From: Lytechinus pictus
Lineage: Eukaryota
Assembly (NCBI RefSeq): GCF_037042905.1
Contig: NC_087251.1
Coordinates: 22,818,001 to 22,878,000 of the forward strand
Direction of reading: 5' to 3'
Length of the DNA stretch: 60,000 nucleotides
Shown in pieces: positions 51,970-59,918 of this stretch (positions are counted from its first letter, which is position 1; the number at the start of each line of letters is the position of its first letter). The position numbers and the translations under genes were made by a program. The notes beneath the pieces were generated by a model. The model did no database searches, was not told where the DNA came from, and saw only the letters and a program-made list of their open reading frames with translations.

Positions 51970-54900
51970 GGTGATGATGGTGGTGATGATGGTGGTGATG
52001 ATGGTGATGATGATGATGATGATGATGGTGATGAAGAAGATGGTGATGAAGATGATGGTGATGACGATGATGATGAGGGTGATGGTAATGGTGGTGATGA
52101 CGATGCAGGGGTGTGAGTGGTCACAAATAAAAAGATCTGAAAAAAGCTGAAACTTGTAGAAAAGGTCTGAAATAGAAAGAGCTCCCATACTTTTTGTACA
52201 GAGGAAAGCCAAAAATAAGCTGAAATTAAGCTGAAAATCAAAACGAAAAAAATCTGAAATCAGATAAAAATCTGAACTCTCACACCCCTGAGTCGATGAT
52301 GATTATGATTATTATGATCATTATTTCCAAAGTAAGCACTGCTGCTACATTGAATCCCATAATGCAGGTGAGACTGGCAGAGGCGTTCAACTTTGTATAG
52401 TATGGGCTCTCCAGTACATTTTTATATACATGTAGCACTTTTAAATAAAAATAATTTTTTCCTCTGTTGTTAATCCACACCCTTAGGACTTTGTACGAGC
52501 AGCCATGACATGTATCAAGTTCTTCCAGACCAGAGCTACCTCATATTCGGACCTCTTTGAGCGTCTTCATCATGTGAACAGGGCTAAAGATCACATGACT
52601 GCTGTGATGGATGATAAACAGTGGGGAAGCGTGCCCCGCCCTTCCCCTGGTAGCCCATCATCAAGAGGGTGGGGTGGAGCCACAGCAGAGACTAATATCA
52701 GACTCACTCTTACTCCGTCAGAACTTACTAAGTAAGGGTTGATAATTCAAATTCACTTTGTAATTAACTATGTGTTTTTGTTGGTCTCTTCATACCTGAA
52801 GGCATTTTAGAGATTGGTCTGTTTAATGTATTTATTCATTTTGGTTATTTATTTATCATTATTTAATTTGTTACCAATATTAGATTATGAAATCATACTC
52901 TCACTCTGTTAGGTTTTGTATTTTTAAAACAGAAAATGGCATCACTTATATAGACATTTACCGGTACATGTATTTAAGAATAAAAAACTATAGGCTTCTA
53001 CTAAATGGGTGTGTCATGGTCTTGTGGTTCTGACTCTCGCCTTTCAAACAGAGGGTTGTGGGTTCGAATCCAAGCCATGGTGTGTTTTCCTTCAGCAAGA
53101 AATTTATTCACACTGTGCTGCACTCAACCCAGGTGATGTGAATGGGAACCCAGCAAGATAAATTCCTTGAATGCACTGTGCGCCGGTAATGGTAGCTCGA
53201 GCTAAAGCCTGGATAATAATAGCAAGCGCTTTGTATCCTCAGACAAAACACTCTATATAAATCCAGCTATTATTATTATTATTAAATGTGGCCAGTGAAG
53301 GTGATGAATAATAAAAGGTGAAAGAAAATTTTAAAAATTATTATGAATAAGCATTACATGATGATGATGAGCATATGTGTGATCGTGGGTTTTTTGTCTT
53401 TGCCATTCTTTGTATAAAACGTGAAGTATATGTCTTTATTTCCACAGGCATCTAAATACGATCAGCCTGCAGATAGAAGTCACTACATTCCTCCATCGTC
53501 ATCTTGGAAAGAACAGTCTGGTTCCACCCATATCTCCCACTCAGACCTCCTCAACTCAACAAGCTGGTCTGACTAGAAAGCAGTCAGTGGTTGGGGGTGG
53601 GGTGCAGTTATCAGGGCTACCCACACTGTTTGGCAACAGCATGGAGAAAGCAGATGTCGTTCACAAGGTAAGATATAAACACGACTTCATTTCTTAAAGG
53701 TTTTTATCACTTTTTAGTTGTCATTGGCCGTCGTTTAAGTGCTTATCTGCCAATCAGAACCAATTACTTAATTGATGTTTGAAAACTTCAGAAGTTGGTG
53801 TGTAGTATTCTTTGTCTGGCAATGGTGTAGACATAATTTCAACTGTGTGCATTTTAGAAACCATTTTAGTTATTCATCTGTTCTCCATTTGCTTTCTATC
53901 TTTGCTCGTGTAAGAAACATCATGTTATTTAATTTTCAGGTTCTGTTAGCTGGTACAACAATACAAGAAGGGTTCCAACTGGCGTTTAAAATCATTCAGG
54001 TACAGTCTTCTTTCCTATGTTGATTTTATGTAAATTTATGCTAAGTATGTGACAAATTTGATTCGTCTTTAGGTGATTCTATTATTTTCATCCAGTTGTA
54101 TGCTAGGTATCCTGTACAATTATTAAAAGTATAATTGTATTATACTGAAGTTCCTATTAATCAGGAGACATAAAGGTTAGAGAGTTTTGAGAGGTCAGGG
54201 AACTAGTAAATTTCTTTGTAAAATAAATAATCTTTTTTTTTTAAACATAAATTGTTATCCTGCAGATATAGGAATCTAGCTCAGGTTATCCCTGCTTTGC
54301 TCGATGCAAATATTGACAAATTATACATATTTACTTTTTCTGCTTGGAAATGTCAAAGAAAATTTCTTTCTTCAATAGGACTTCCGACTTGCCGAGACTA
54401 AGATCTACAGTCGGGCAGGACGTCGTCTCAGTCTCCTCAAGAAGTTCAACGAGGTCAAATTGCTTCTCAAGTGTCATAAGGACACTGGATTGGCTAGCAA
54501 GGAGTCATGTGATGAGATCCTTGATGCCAGTGTGAGGGCGCTCGTTGGAGACAAGACGCAGGTCAAAGGTGCAGAGGAGTTGATCAAGCTAATGCAAGGG
54601 GATACAAGCAAGGTGAGTTGTAATGCTAATTTCAGGGGAATTCTCTTCATAAAGTTGTTCATATTTGATTTTAGAAAAGCCTAAGTATTTTGTGCTAAGT
54701 GAGAATCTATTTGTATGAGAATGTATTTCCCATGATCTGAATGGAATTGTTCATTTTTTGGGGTAGCATTACTATTTATAATAAAATGATGTACATACAT
54801 GTAGATCACCATTTAGTTTTAGCCAATATCATAAAGCATGAATGAAAAATTGCATTTGAATTGTGCAATTTAAAATATCCTGAAGTCTTTTAGAACTATA

Positions 54901-55263
54901 TGAAATTCTTATGAAACAATTTTTACTGTATATGTTTGCAGACTAGCTGAACAGTGAAAATTGTTTCAAGATATGAGATAGTTATTCAGAATAGAATATG
55001 CAATTCATTCACTACTCTTATGTTTGTGACAGATCAATGCATACATTTTGATTGGACGACTGAGGCAGGCCTACTTATTGGCAGTGAAGGGAGAGAGGGA
55101 GGATGATGTCAGACGCATCGCCATGGCAGCAGAACAAGCCGAGGCATCAGGGGTTAAACTGAAAGCTATTTGTGACCAGTGGCTGAGGGATTACGAGGCT
55201 AAGAGGAGAAACGCTGAACAAACCAAGGAGGTGCTAGCAAGGAGTAGGGCAACCAGGTATTGA
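5222..55263 (+). CDS. ZFYVE26: Zinc finger FYVE domain-containing protein 26 (spastizin, SPG15), 45 coding exons, ~3361 aa
   Basis: N-term HPFGHE...GQWELASAC; LEQLLMNLK; FYVE WVPDD..C..C..FNRRHHCRRCGRVVC..C..RICDQC; FYYEQAPSTSLC; QLFMKDFVRAAMTCIKFF; LPTLFGN: all match spastizin motifs. Exons join in frame with consistent phases. Confidence 0.95.
5527..6119. mobile_element. Kolobok-like MITE (TTAA target, AGG...CCT ends), family A
   Basis: TTAA|AGGATACGTCCACCCC...GAGGACATGACCT|TTAA, long imperfect TIRs; related to 44194-45872. Confidence 0.8.
6432..6516 (+). CDS. ZFYVE26: ZFYVE26 exon 2
   Basis: cgcag|..LGLDSISSPHQLAWLASLHLK..gag|gtaaga, phase 2-0. Confidence 0.88.
6588..6860. mobile_element. 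~270-bp MITE (PIF/Harbinger-like), copy 1
   Basis: TIR GGGCCCCGTCTTACAAAG / CTTTGTAAGACAGGGCCC, CTG flanks; second copy at 29135-29405. Confidence 0.8.
7561..7647 (+). CDS. ZFYVE26: ZFYVE26 exon 3
   Basis: ttatag|DLSAEDYRDVEFRLLLYL..cag|gtgaga, phase 0-0. Confidence 0.88.
8304..8981 (+). CDS. ZFYVE26: ZFYVE26 exon 4
   Basis: Within ORF 8277-9068; ttgcag|..gtg|gtgagt, phase 0-0. Confidence 0.9.
9790..9957 (+). CDS. ZFYVE26: ZFYVE26 exon 5
   Basis: ccacag|ELSLTLIR..EFAPLRPLILLLGWTH..aaa|gtaagt, phase 0-0. Confidence 0.9.
10230..10720 (+). mobile_element. Helentron-associated non-autonomous element (HINE/DINE-1-like), shorter copy
   Basis: 5' gtatcgcctgcat..gcgagac, 3' atgcaagcgagac..cttgtt, T-rich flanks, about 1.5 central repeat units; same family as 25282-26510. 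Confidence 0.78.
11040..11131 (+). CDS. ZFYVE26: ZFYVE26 exon 6
   Basis: ttacag|PMYSEDDALQQACHRL..IQWCL..aa|gtaagt, phase 0-2. Confidence 0.88.
11491..11660 (+). CDS. ZFYVE26: ZFYVE26 exon 7
   Basis: ttgtag|..DSHSVLTLLYHFTNL..g|gtaagt, phase 2-1. Confidence 0.9.
12089..13351 (+). CDS. ZFYVE26: ZFYVE26 exon 8
   Basis: Within ORF 12007-13497; YRVEIIENLFSVLF, INEARWRFQLV; ttccag|..cag|gtttga, phase 1-1. Confidence 0.92.
15018..15098 (+). CDS. ZFYVE26: ZFYVE26 candidate cassette exon 9 (81 nt)
   Basis: cctttag|..WSSSEPGSGNMSTQSQTHLSAGPMSA..cag|gttagc; open frame, phase 1-1, GC-rich island in an AT-rich intron. Confidence 0.65.
15628..17719. mobile_element. 2.1-kb non-autonomous Tc1/mariner-like DNA transposon
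   Basis: Perfect 26-bp TIR CACAACAAAAAAAGTAAGTCCCCCCT, TA flanks at 15626-15627 and 17720-17721, no transposase ORF. Confidence 0.85.
17198..17373. mobile_element. Nested GC-rich MITE with 5-bp TSD (hAT5-like)
   Basis: TIR CAGGGGCCGCGGAA / TTCCGCGGCCCCTG, TSD CAATA at 17193-17197 and 17374-17378. Confidence 0.8.
18520..18704 (+). CDS. ZFYVE26: ZFYVE26 exon 10
   Basis: tgttag|..MLASEDTLLRMCLRRGNFAQAQQ|gttatg, phase 1-0. Confidence 0.9.
19106..20237 (+). CDS. ZFYVE26: ZFYVE26 exon 11
   Basis: ttgtag|VIKIFDMKD.., IFDLACTAS, NYLLTLYNHL; cag|gtaaga, phase 0-1. Confidence 0.92.
20800..20920 (+). CDS. ZFYVE26: ZFYVE26 exon 12
   Basis: ttacag|..NPFSILAESPSLLLGRLMF..IPP..ag|gtatgt, phase 1-2. Confidence 0.9.
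21554..21795 (+). CDS. ZFYVE26: ZFYVE26 exon 13
   Basis: tttcag|RLESVASELRLNLIQIIMQSCCP..a|gtgagt, phase 2-1. Confidence 0.88.
22546..22775 (+). CDS. ZFYVE26: ZFYVE26 exon 14 (start of DUF547-like domain)
   Basis: tttcag|..ELKHVDMDLLQTNEDKLCFFTNLFNLMLAHAAL..aag|gtagga, phase 1-0. Confidence 0.88.
23069..23363 (+). mobile_element. tRNA-derived SINE (Deu-domain/SURF-1-like) with (ATT)n tail
   Basis: A box tggtgtagcgg, B box gttcaaatt, cacccaggtg..tgggtacc core, aagcgctatataaa-(att)n tail. Confidence 0.75.
23607..23776 (+). CDS. ZFYVE26: ZFYVE26 exon 15
   Basis: attcag|GNTF..YLSSMAYRVGQMGVI..ag|gtaagt, phase 0-2. Confidence 0.85.
24337..24422 (+). CDS. ZFYVE26: ZFYVE26 exon 16
   Basis: tcacag|SAFDLHYVILRSSLP..g|gtatgt, phase 2-1. 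Confidence 0.85.
25013..25113 (+). CDS. ZFYVE26: ZFYVE26 exon 17
   Basis: ttctag|..PDSRITFVFCNGSASSPRLR|gttagt, phase 1-0. Confidence 0.87.
25282..26510 (+). mobile_element. Helentron-associated non-autonomous element (HINE/DINE-1-like) with (GGC)n and internal tandem array
   Basis: 13-bp subTIR GTCTCGCCTGCAT (25287-25299) / ATGCAGGCGAGAC (26476-26488), partial IR gcgagac at 25306, (GGC)n 25333-25388, ~5.5 units of 163-191 bp, T-rich flanks. Confidence 0.85.
26864..26956 (+). CDS. ZFYVE26: ZFYVE26 exon 18
   Basis: ttgtag|VLRVDDLDEQLTLAMQNHLEAGVRVD..cag|gtatga, phase 0-0. Confidence 0.87.
27472..27700 (+). CDS. ZFYVE26: ZFYVE26 exon 19
   Basis: gcatag|IIIPQSLEWFRKDF..cag|gtattt, phase 0-1. 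Confidence 0.87.
28023..28630 (+). CDS. ZFYVE26: ZFYVE26 exon 20
   Basis: Within ORF 28016-28690; gacag|..aag|gtaact, phase 1-0. Confidence 0.9.
29135..29405. mobile_element. ~270-bp MITE (PIF/Harbinger-like), copy 2
   Basis: Same TIRs and body as 6588-6860. Confidence 0.8.
29526..29750 (+). CDS. ZFYVE26: ZFYVE26 exon 21
   Basis: ctgaag|EVLGVLKEAVELL..aag|gtatga, phase 0-0. Confidence 0.85.
30285..30868. mobile_element. Kolobok-like MITE, family B
   Basis: TTAA|AGGAGAATGAAAC...GTTTCATTCTCCT|TTAA with ~75-bp internal inverted arms (30392-30467 vs 30686-30760). Confidence 0.85.
31532..31687 (+). CDS. ZFYVE26: ZFYVE26 exon 22
   Basis: cattag|ILRDRAVLASLDSLP..KFQQLKMYRK|gtaatt, phase 0-0. Confidence 0.88.
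32120..32384 (-). mobile_element. tRNA-derived SINE (MetaSINE-like)
   Basis: Revcomp ACCGGTGTGTTGGCTCAGTTGGTAGAGCG..GGTTCAAACCCC then GTCAGACCAAAAGACG..GTTGCTGCTACCCTGTTTGGCGTTCAAC core. Confidence 0.85.
32506..32777 (+). mobile_element. tRNA-derived SINE (MetaSINE-like), inverted partner of 32120-32384
   Basis: accggtgtgttggctcagttgttagag.. same body, (tttca)n tail. Confidence 0.82.
33165..33398 (+). CDS. ZFYVE26: ZFYVE26 exon 23
   Basis: cattag|ITFY..TWQDVQDASKTSPDSVL..DFDLAKDWAELH..cag|gtatat, phase 0-0. Confidence 0.88.
34171..34236 (+). CDS. ZFYVE26: ZFYVE26 exon 24
   Basis: tcctag|TILVNQLEHLLCNSCNNLQVYQ|gtatgt, phase 0-0. Confidence 0.82.
35106..35285 (+). CDS. ZFYVE26: ZFYVE26 exon 25
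   Basis: tttaag|ILEDVC..ISIGAK|gttagt, phase 0-0. Confidence 0.87.
35302..35525. mobile_element. TA-flanked palindromic MITE built from ~40-bp subrepeats
   Basis: Motif gccttcccgcacaaaggccgttagcg three times forward and about three times reversed; ends inverted. Confidence 0.7.
36236..36331 (+). CDS. ZFYVE26: ZFYVE26 exon 26
   Basis: atatag|VLLCLPE..RPDLLLEQLLMNLK|gttggc, phase 0-0. Confidence 0.9.
36725..36862. repeat. degenerate (CAT)n microsatellite
   Basis: catcatcat/caccat runs. Confidence 0.65.
36933..37095 (+). CDS. ZFYVE26: ZFYVE26 exon 27
   Basis: gtttag|MNLASDV..INALISKYAREAI..g|gtgagt, phase 0-1. Confidence 0.87.
38176..38238 (+). CDS. ZFYVE26: ZFYVE26 candidate cassette exon 28 (63 nt)
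   Basis: tctcag|DFVVVNDSCCEMGDLPESHYK..g|gtatta, open frame, phase 1-1. Confidence 0.6.
38875..39072 (+). CDS. ZFYVE26: ZFYVE26 candidate exon 29 (198 nt, Ser/Pro-rich)
   Basis: acgcag|DTDSALNQSF..APSPSPSSVSSSSS..RRRQSTR.g|gtgagt, phase 1-1. Confidence 0.7.
39244..39372. mobile_element. small palindromic MITE
   Basis: gagcccctaacacaaagc...gctttgtgttacggagcc, CTG flanks, central attgactacaatgtacaatcaat palindrome. Confidence 0.65.
39685..39885. mobile_element. degenerate MITE
   Basis: ctggggtgttccacaaagat ... atctttgtggaacaccacccag inverted ends. Confidence 0.6.
42205..42464 (+). CDS. ZFYVE26: ZFYVE26 exon 30 (start of FYVE domain)
   Basis: gtatag|..VPPTRDQWVPDDKVSNCMVCQDRFSM|gtgagt, phase 1-0. 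Confidence 0.92.
43000..43139 (+). CDS. ZFYVE26: ZFYVE26 exon 31 (FYVE core)
   Basis: gaacag|FNRRHHCRRCGRVVCWKCS..PVRICDQCY..ag|gtaggt, phase 0-2. Confidence 0.95.
43930..43982 (+). CDS. ZFYVE26: ZFYVE26 exon 32 (53 nt)
   Basis: tttaag|..SYGTPQALEQRMKGKMS.g|gtaagg; supplies the required phase 2-to-1 change. Confidence 0.8.
44194..45872. mobile_element. Kolobok-like MITE family A, interrupted by a nested element
   Basis: TTAA|AGGACAAGTCAACCCCA...TGGGGTGGACTTGACCT|TTAA; homologous to 5527-6119. Confidence 0.85.
44727..45810. mobile_element. 1084-bp nested non-autonomous DNA transposon with 4-bp TSD
   Basis: TIR CAGTCAGAC(T/C)GCAGGTCCC (18/19), TSD TATG at 44723-44726 and 45811-45814, internal IR tttaatcgggtcaagatcacacttttc. 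Confidence 0.85.
46338..46575 (+). mobile_element. tRNA-derived SINE (MetaSINE-like), diverged
   Basis: ggtggctcagtggta A box, gggttcgatccc B box, gtcataccacagactttaaaaatg core, (att)n tail. Confidence 0.7.
46601..46788 (+). CDS. ZFYVE26: ZFYVE26 exon 33
   Basis: atacag|..DWRLSLDEEYCSMVREDFYYEQ|gtttgc, phase 1-0. Confidence 0.9.
47241..47401 (+). CDS. ZFYVE26: ZFYVE26 exon 34
   Basis: ttgcag|APSTSLCLSILELHSD..NTEVDYSLVL..ag|gtaaag, phase 0-2. Confidence 0.92.
48201..48377 (+). CDS. ZFYVE26: ZFYVE26 exon 35
   Basis: ctccag|..LELCDTYLGHVDLLNMFV..ag|gtatga, phase 2-2. Confidence 0.92.
48761..48926 (+). CDS. ZFYVE26: ZFYVE26 exon 36
   Basis: ccccag|RRIRDKL..LAMEVSTKCGLDPGAVWAAWGLSCL..aag|gtaaaa, phase 2-0. 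Confidence 0.92.
49100..49250. repeat. (CAT)n microsatellite
   Basis: catcatcat array. Confidence 0.8.
49621..49713 (+). CDS. ZFYVE26: ZFYVE26 exon 37
   Basis: tattag|TPTDRNQTQGPNKLLQEIIKILES..aag|gtaatc, phase 0-0. Confidence 0.88.
50014..50076 (+). CDS. ZFYVE26: ZFYVE26 exon 38
   Basis: ttgtag|VQDILTLSASSIKDFISQPYK|gtaatg, phase 0-0. Confidence 0.8.
50568..50717 (+). CDS. ZFYVE26: ZFYVE26 exon 39
   Basis: ttacag|..KECVYYIETYSSHLTAIQFYKRH..gag|gtatca, phase 0-0. Confidence 0.9.
51565..51762 (+). CDS. ZFYVE26: ZFYVE26 exon 40 (followed by GC-AG intron)
   Basis: tttcag|QCSNEVFLEG..HILYQMQLFMK|gcaagt, phase 0-0. Confidence 0.9.
51871..52105. repeat. (GAT/GGT)n microsatellite
   Basis: gatgatggtgat array; source of spurious poly-D/M/S/I ORFs. 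Confidence 0.9.
52106..52290. mobile_element. hAT-like MITE
   Basis: 12-bp TIR CAGGGGTGTGAG / CTCACACCCCTG, degenerate 8-bp TSD tgacgatg/agtcgatg, internal ctgaa subrepeats. Confidence 0.72.
52320..52394 (+). mobile_element. 3' fragment of the HINE family
   Basis: aaagtaagcactgctgcta..atgcaggtgagactggcagaggcgttc matches 26440-26505. Confidence 0.7.
52487..52731 (+). CDS. ZFYVE26: ZFYVE26 exon 41
   Basis: ccttag|DFVRAAMTCIKFF..aa|gtaagg, phase 0-2. Confidence 0.92.
53007..53284 (+). mobile_element. tRNA-derived SINE (Deu-domain-like) with (ATT)n tail
   Basis: Same head as 23069 (ggttctgactctc..gggttcgaatcc), cactcaacccaggtg core, tatataaat-(att)n tail. Confidence 0.75.
53448..53667 (+). CDS. 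ZFYVE26: ZFYVE26 exon 42
   Basis: ccacag|..HLNTISLQIEVTTFLH..LPTLFGN..aag|gtaaga, phase 2-0. Confidence 0.92.
53940..53999 (+). CDS. ZFYVE26: ZFYVE26 exon 43
   Basis: tttcag|VLLAGTTIQEGFQLAFKIIQ|gtacag, phase 0-0. Confidence 0.88.
54379..54612 (+). CDS. ZFYVE26: ZFYVE26 exon 44
   Basis: caatag|DFRLAETKIYSRAG..aag|gtgagt, phase 0-0. Confidence 0.9.
55033..55263 (+). CDS. ZFYVE26: ZFYVE26 terminal coding exon 45
   Basis: tgacag|INAYILIGRLRQAYLLAVK..ICDQWL..TGA at 55261-55263. Confidence 0.92.
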   Translation: MNAYILIGRLRQAYLLAVKGEREDDVRRIAMAAEQAEASGVKLKAICDQWLRDYEAKRRNAEQTKEVLARSRATRY

Positions 55264-58119
55264 GGGAGAGTATCAGGATGCACCGTTGAAAACTCAAAGT
55301 TTGTGATCAATTTTTACTCAGGTGTTTCATGCAAAGCTTCAGAAGTCCCAAAGAGGAGTACCATTAGAGCTCACTATTCTTAACGTATATGCTTACTATC
55401 ATCAAGCTGTGTGCTATTCAATCTAATGAAACAAATACGCAGGTCATGGGGGAAGTACATGTAACAAGGCAAGTGTGTATGTACAACTCGTCGTTGGCTG
55501 AGTTAAGGGATAGCTATATACCTCAACATCTCTTTATGTATTGGCATTAGTGGGTCGGTACAGTCTTATCCAGTCTCAATACTTTCCTACCAACACATTC
55601 CAAAAAAATCAGTAAACGTGACCAGAGTGGCTTAGTTGTAGGATGCCTGCCTCATTTAAGCCCGGCTCACACTATGCGATTCATTGCAATCCGATTTTCA
55701 AAGAAATCATAATAACATTTGACATGAACTTTCCACCAATAAAATCTTAGCGATCCGTGGTCAGAATAGTCGTAGGACTACTGAAATCAAAATTTAATGT
55801 AGTTCGAGCCTCAATGTAGGAATAAAAGCAAATTCAATTTCAAATCGTAATGACGTCATCATCAGCTGCGACTTGAAGCCAATTTGAAACTTTTAGGGCA
55901 TTTTGAAATTTCTAGCTTTGTGTCCTCATCGAATAAATGTCAAATGGAAATGGGAAAAATTCTAAAATTTGAATTTTCAAGATTCGGAAAAGTTCTTTTT
56001 TACTCGTATTCCGATCTCATAACTTTGGATTTCATTCATTTTGAAAAACTGTGTTAACTATCCGGGTCTACCTCTTACCTCCAAACATGTTCAGAAAGGA
56101 TTGAGAATAACATATTCAACAGTTGAGAATCATACACCACCCCCAAAAGAAATAAATGTTTTAAAATGATAGAACCCATCTATCCTACATTTTGAGCCAT
56201 TTCAATTAAGTTTCAGTGGGCGCCAATTCTGAGGCTGTTGAAACAAGTTTAGACTGAATATGTGCTTAAATCCAAATATGGAAACGATCTTATTGATTTT
56301 CTTGAAAACTCCTGACGATCATAATTACATGACATTATAATTCAAAACTTTCTGATATTTTCACTTTATTTTTAAAAGATTTTCCTCTTTATTATCGTTT
56401 GTTCTCCATCTATAAAATGCTTGTATTTGGCTTGTATTGTGCACATTGAGTATTACCCATTTACATGTACATCTAGTCATATCTTTTCCTTTCCATTTGA
56501 TGTAAACATGGAAAGAACACTATTATGTAAGTTTTCTCTTCAAATTACTGTCGGTATAACCTGGATTTTTAAATGCCTACACAACTCAAAAATACATGTC
56601 AAGTGTTTCTGATCAGGTTTATCCATGTGGTACAGTGTATATACATGTATAGCCTTGTGGTATTCTCAGCTGTGTATTTACGATTGAATAGAATACAAAG
56701 AACTAAATAGGATTCTGATATTTTTTTATTCAGAGGTTTAGAAAGAATGATCACTTGAGCAAATCTGACATTCTCCATATAACATGCATTTCATGGGGGA
56801 TTTATACTTCATGCATAAAATCTTGCCAAATCAAACTCTCAAGAACAGTAATTTTATATTGATAGATCATGACCACCTTGGGGCATTGACTGCGCAAGTA
56901 CCAGCACGTGTTTCATGGGATCATAAATTAAACACGACTAGGCCAGTATGCATACACTGTGTTTGTATGGCCTCATATGCAATTGAAAATACTACTAGTA
57001 TCTTACCGTTTCCTTGTATGTTCATGGAATTGAAAGAGTTGTTGGAACTTAACATTCCCAGTACTAAAACTGACATTCTTGTCATATTTTCAAACTATTG
57101 TGAATGTATATTGTGAAGCTGAATATAGCAGCCGAGGAGTAAGAGGGCATTAATATCAGTTCTAATGAATTGAAATTATGTAACATATGTTAAAGTATTT
57201 AAATAATGAAAAAAAAAATCAACTCAAAGTGTTGACCTTGTGGAAATACACCAAACTAGGAGGGTGATGTGCCTTAGATTTTGTAATATTTGTAGCATTG
57301 ATTTAGAATTTGATTTTATCGCTACCCAAGAAGTAAAATGCAATATCATCATGTATGCAATATTTGTATAATGTATGTCCAATGTATTGAGGGTAATGTG
57401 AAAATGTATGTGTATGTAGTTTTATTAGATGGCTTATTGCTCCCACTTATTGATGAAATTAATTGCCATATCATACAGCTGAAAACCCTGTTTCACAATT
57501 AGATTCTTAGTACATGTAACAAGTGCCATGCAAACTTATATACTCAGTATATGTTTGTTTTGTTCCAAAGTACGTAGTTTCTAACCATTAACAAATTAAA
57601 ACTGGCATCAGAAGAATTGCTGTCACTTGGGCATTACGGAATATTATTACAAGATATTTGGCTGTGAAATGAAAATTGATAACAATGCATACTACTTTAA
57701 GTTTCAAACTTGAATGGACATTATTTGCCATATTGCCCCTTCCTTCTTTGTGTTATGACCATCTATGAAATAAGGCGGCGATGCTCTACCATATACCATC
57801 CTTTCTGTTCATGTTCTTGTGTAATAATATTGACCAAGATCTGTACATTTATTATTGACAATGGAGTATAACCTTTGTAATACAGTTTTGGTCACTATTT
57901 GTGATACCTATTAAGTTTAGCCTGAATATTCTATACATAATCATTTGTTGTAACTGCTTTAGAAATGCTGAATACTGAATCTGTAGAGAAAAGGTGCCAT
58001 TTACTCAAATTATTTTTTTAAAGAAAAATTCAATGATAAGAAGTCAAGTAATATTCTTGCCCCCAAATGATATTATGGATATTATTGCAATTTGGGCTTA
58101 TGTTATGTTTGTATGTTGA

Positions 58120-58382
58120 AATGAAAATGAAAATCCATATTTTATTATGAAAAATAGATATGAAATGAAATACTCCGAAGATTTGCTTTTCCCTATTGTG
58201 GGCCTGGCAGCCGCTGTGCAGCGCCAGATCGACGAGGCTCTATCCCTTTAATCGTTGAACGCCAAACAGGGTAGCAGCAATTTCCATCTTTTAACGTCTT
58301 TTGGTCTGACGCGGCCTGGGTTTAAACTCCCAACCTCCTGGTTGTGAGACGGACGCTCTGCCAAGTAAGCCAACACGCCGGT
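58120..58382 (-). mobile_element. tRNA-derived SINE (MetaSINE-like), third copy
   Basis: Near-identical to 32120-32384. Confidence 0.85.
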
Positions 58383-59847
58383 TATGTTACTGTATGTTTG
58401 TAAGATAACAAGGAAATCCACAATTATGTTATCCATTTTATACATAATTCATGATAAATCTGAAAAAGATTTGAATCATTGAAAATCAATATAGTCAATG
58501 TCACATGCATCGTATATAATAGGATGTTTGAAATATATCTGGCATGTCATCTAGACAAATTTGACTTAATATATGGGTCAAATAACACAACAGAACAGAA
58601 TACCGGCTTCAAGTCATGTGATTTGAAAAAGCAATGGTTTTAGATATCAGGTGACCTTTAAAACTGAATTTATTTTAGAGATATTCAGTTGATAACTTCA
58701 GTGTATGATTTCGTCGATGATTGACTTTATTTTAAAGGTTTTAGCATAAAAAAATGACCAAAATATACTATCCTACCAAGGAGGCTCGTGTGATAATACT
58801 CAGCAAGGCATATACGGACCATGCGTAAGCTATTGTTGAAATTATTGTTGTGATTTTGAGACAAAATTTGGGATTATCATTAGTACGGGAAGCTAAAGAA
58901 CATCAGCCGGGCCAGGCCGGGTACCAGCGGACTGAGGTGCTGCTGACATGGCTGGGCTCGAATCATGAGAATAGGAGACTATTTATTTCAAATGTCACAT
59001 GTTCTTTCATTTTGCCAATAATGCCCAAATAATAAGGTGACGGTTTTGACTGTCCCAATTAATTCAGGGTTAAAGGGGTAGGGGTGCCTTGCCTTTTCTT
59101 AGCAAGCTATCAATATTTACTCGTTTCATGTCTAAATACCAAAATGTAAAAATGGTCATTCATAATCTTTGCATCATGGATGATTTAAGTACAGATACAT
59201 GTAGCAGCCAAAACTAAAGTGAGCTTTAATTCAGGTTTTTATTGATTCATTAATCCAGAATGACTGCTTCTTGAAATGTTCTCTGGACCATTTTCTAACA
59301 TGAAATAATCCATTGAATTGCAGCAACATTCACATAATTTTTCACATCTAACATATTTATTGTCTCTTGTTAACTGCACCATTTTAAATGCTGATAGTGT
59401 GTAATGGAGATATGATGTAATGTTTCCCGACTTTTTCAAATCGACAAGTCCATCTATAAACTGATTAGACATGTACTGTAGAACAGTCATATGTTGTGAT
59501 ATAGCCCATTGATTTTCAGTCATGTCGGATTTACAAGGCTATTCTGTGCAAATGCATCCAAAAGGTAATCAATAATTAAACTTATCAAATACTGGAATAA
59601 ATCAGTATTATGAAGTATCATTTTGGATGTGTTATTTCCATTTGATTTCTTTCAAAGAATGTCTGGAATATGTCTTTCTTTTATTTGATTTATAAAGATA
59701 TTTTACTTTTATATATTTATATAATGGCAAATTGTATATGAGAAAACATAGATATACAAGTATTATACAATAAATTTTTTTTATTAACATCTTATCACTT
59801 TTGTGACTAGCCCGTTTATATTTAATATTTTGTTTACCTACATTTTC

Positions 59848-59918
59848 ATCTATCCATCCATCCGTCCTCCATCCATCCACCTATCTATCTATCTGTCTGT
59901 CTGTCCGTCTGTCTATCT
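59848..59918. repeat. compound (TCCA)(TCTA)(TCTG) tetranucleotide repeat
   Basis: tccatcca..tctatcta..tctgtctg. Confidence 0.75.

Noticed and set aside
51828..52241. Four overlapping ORFs rich in S, I, D or M
   Set aside because: Translations of a (GAT/GGT)n microsatellite inside an intron
55657..55700. CACTATG heptamer reminiscent of ProtoRAG/Transib TIRs
   Set aside because: No matching nonamer, partner end or TSD seen; more likely a truncated MITE end
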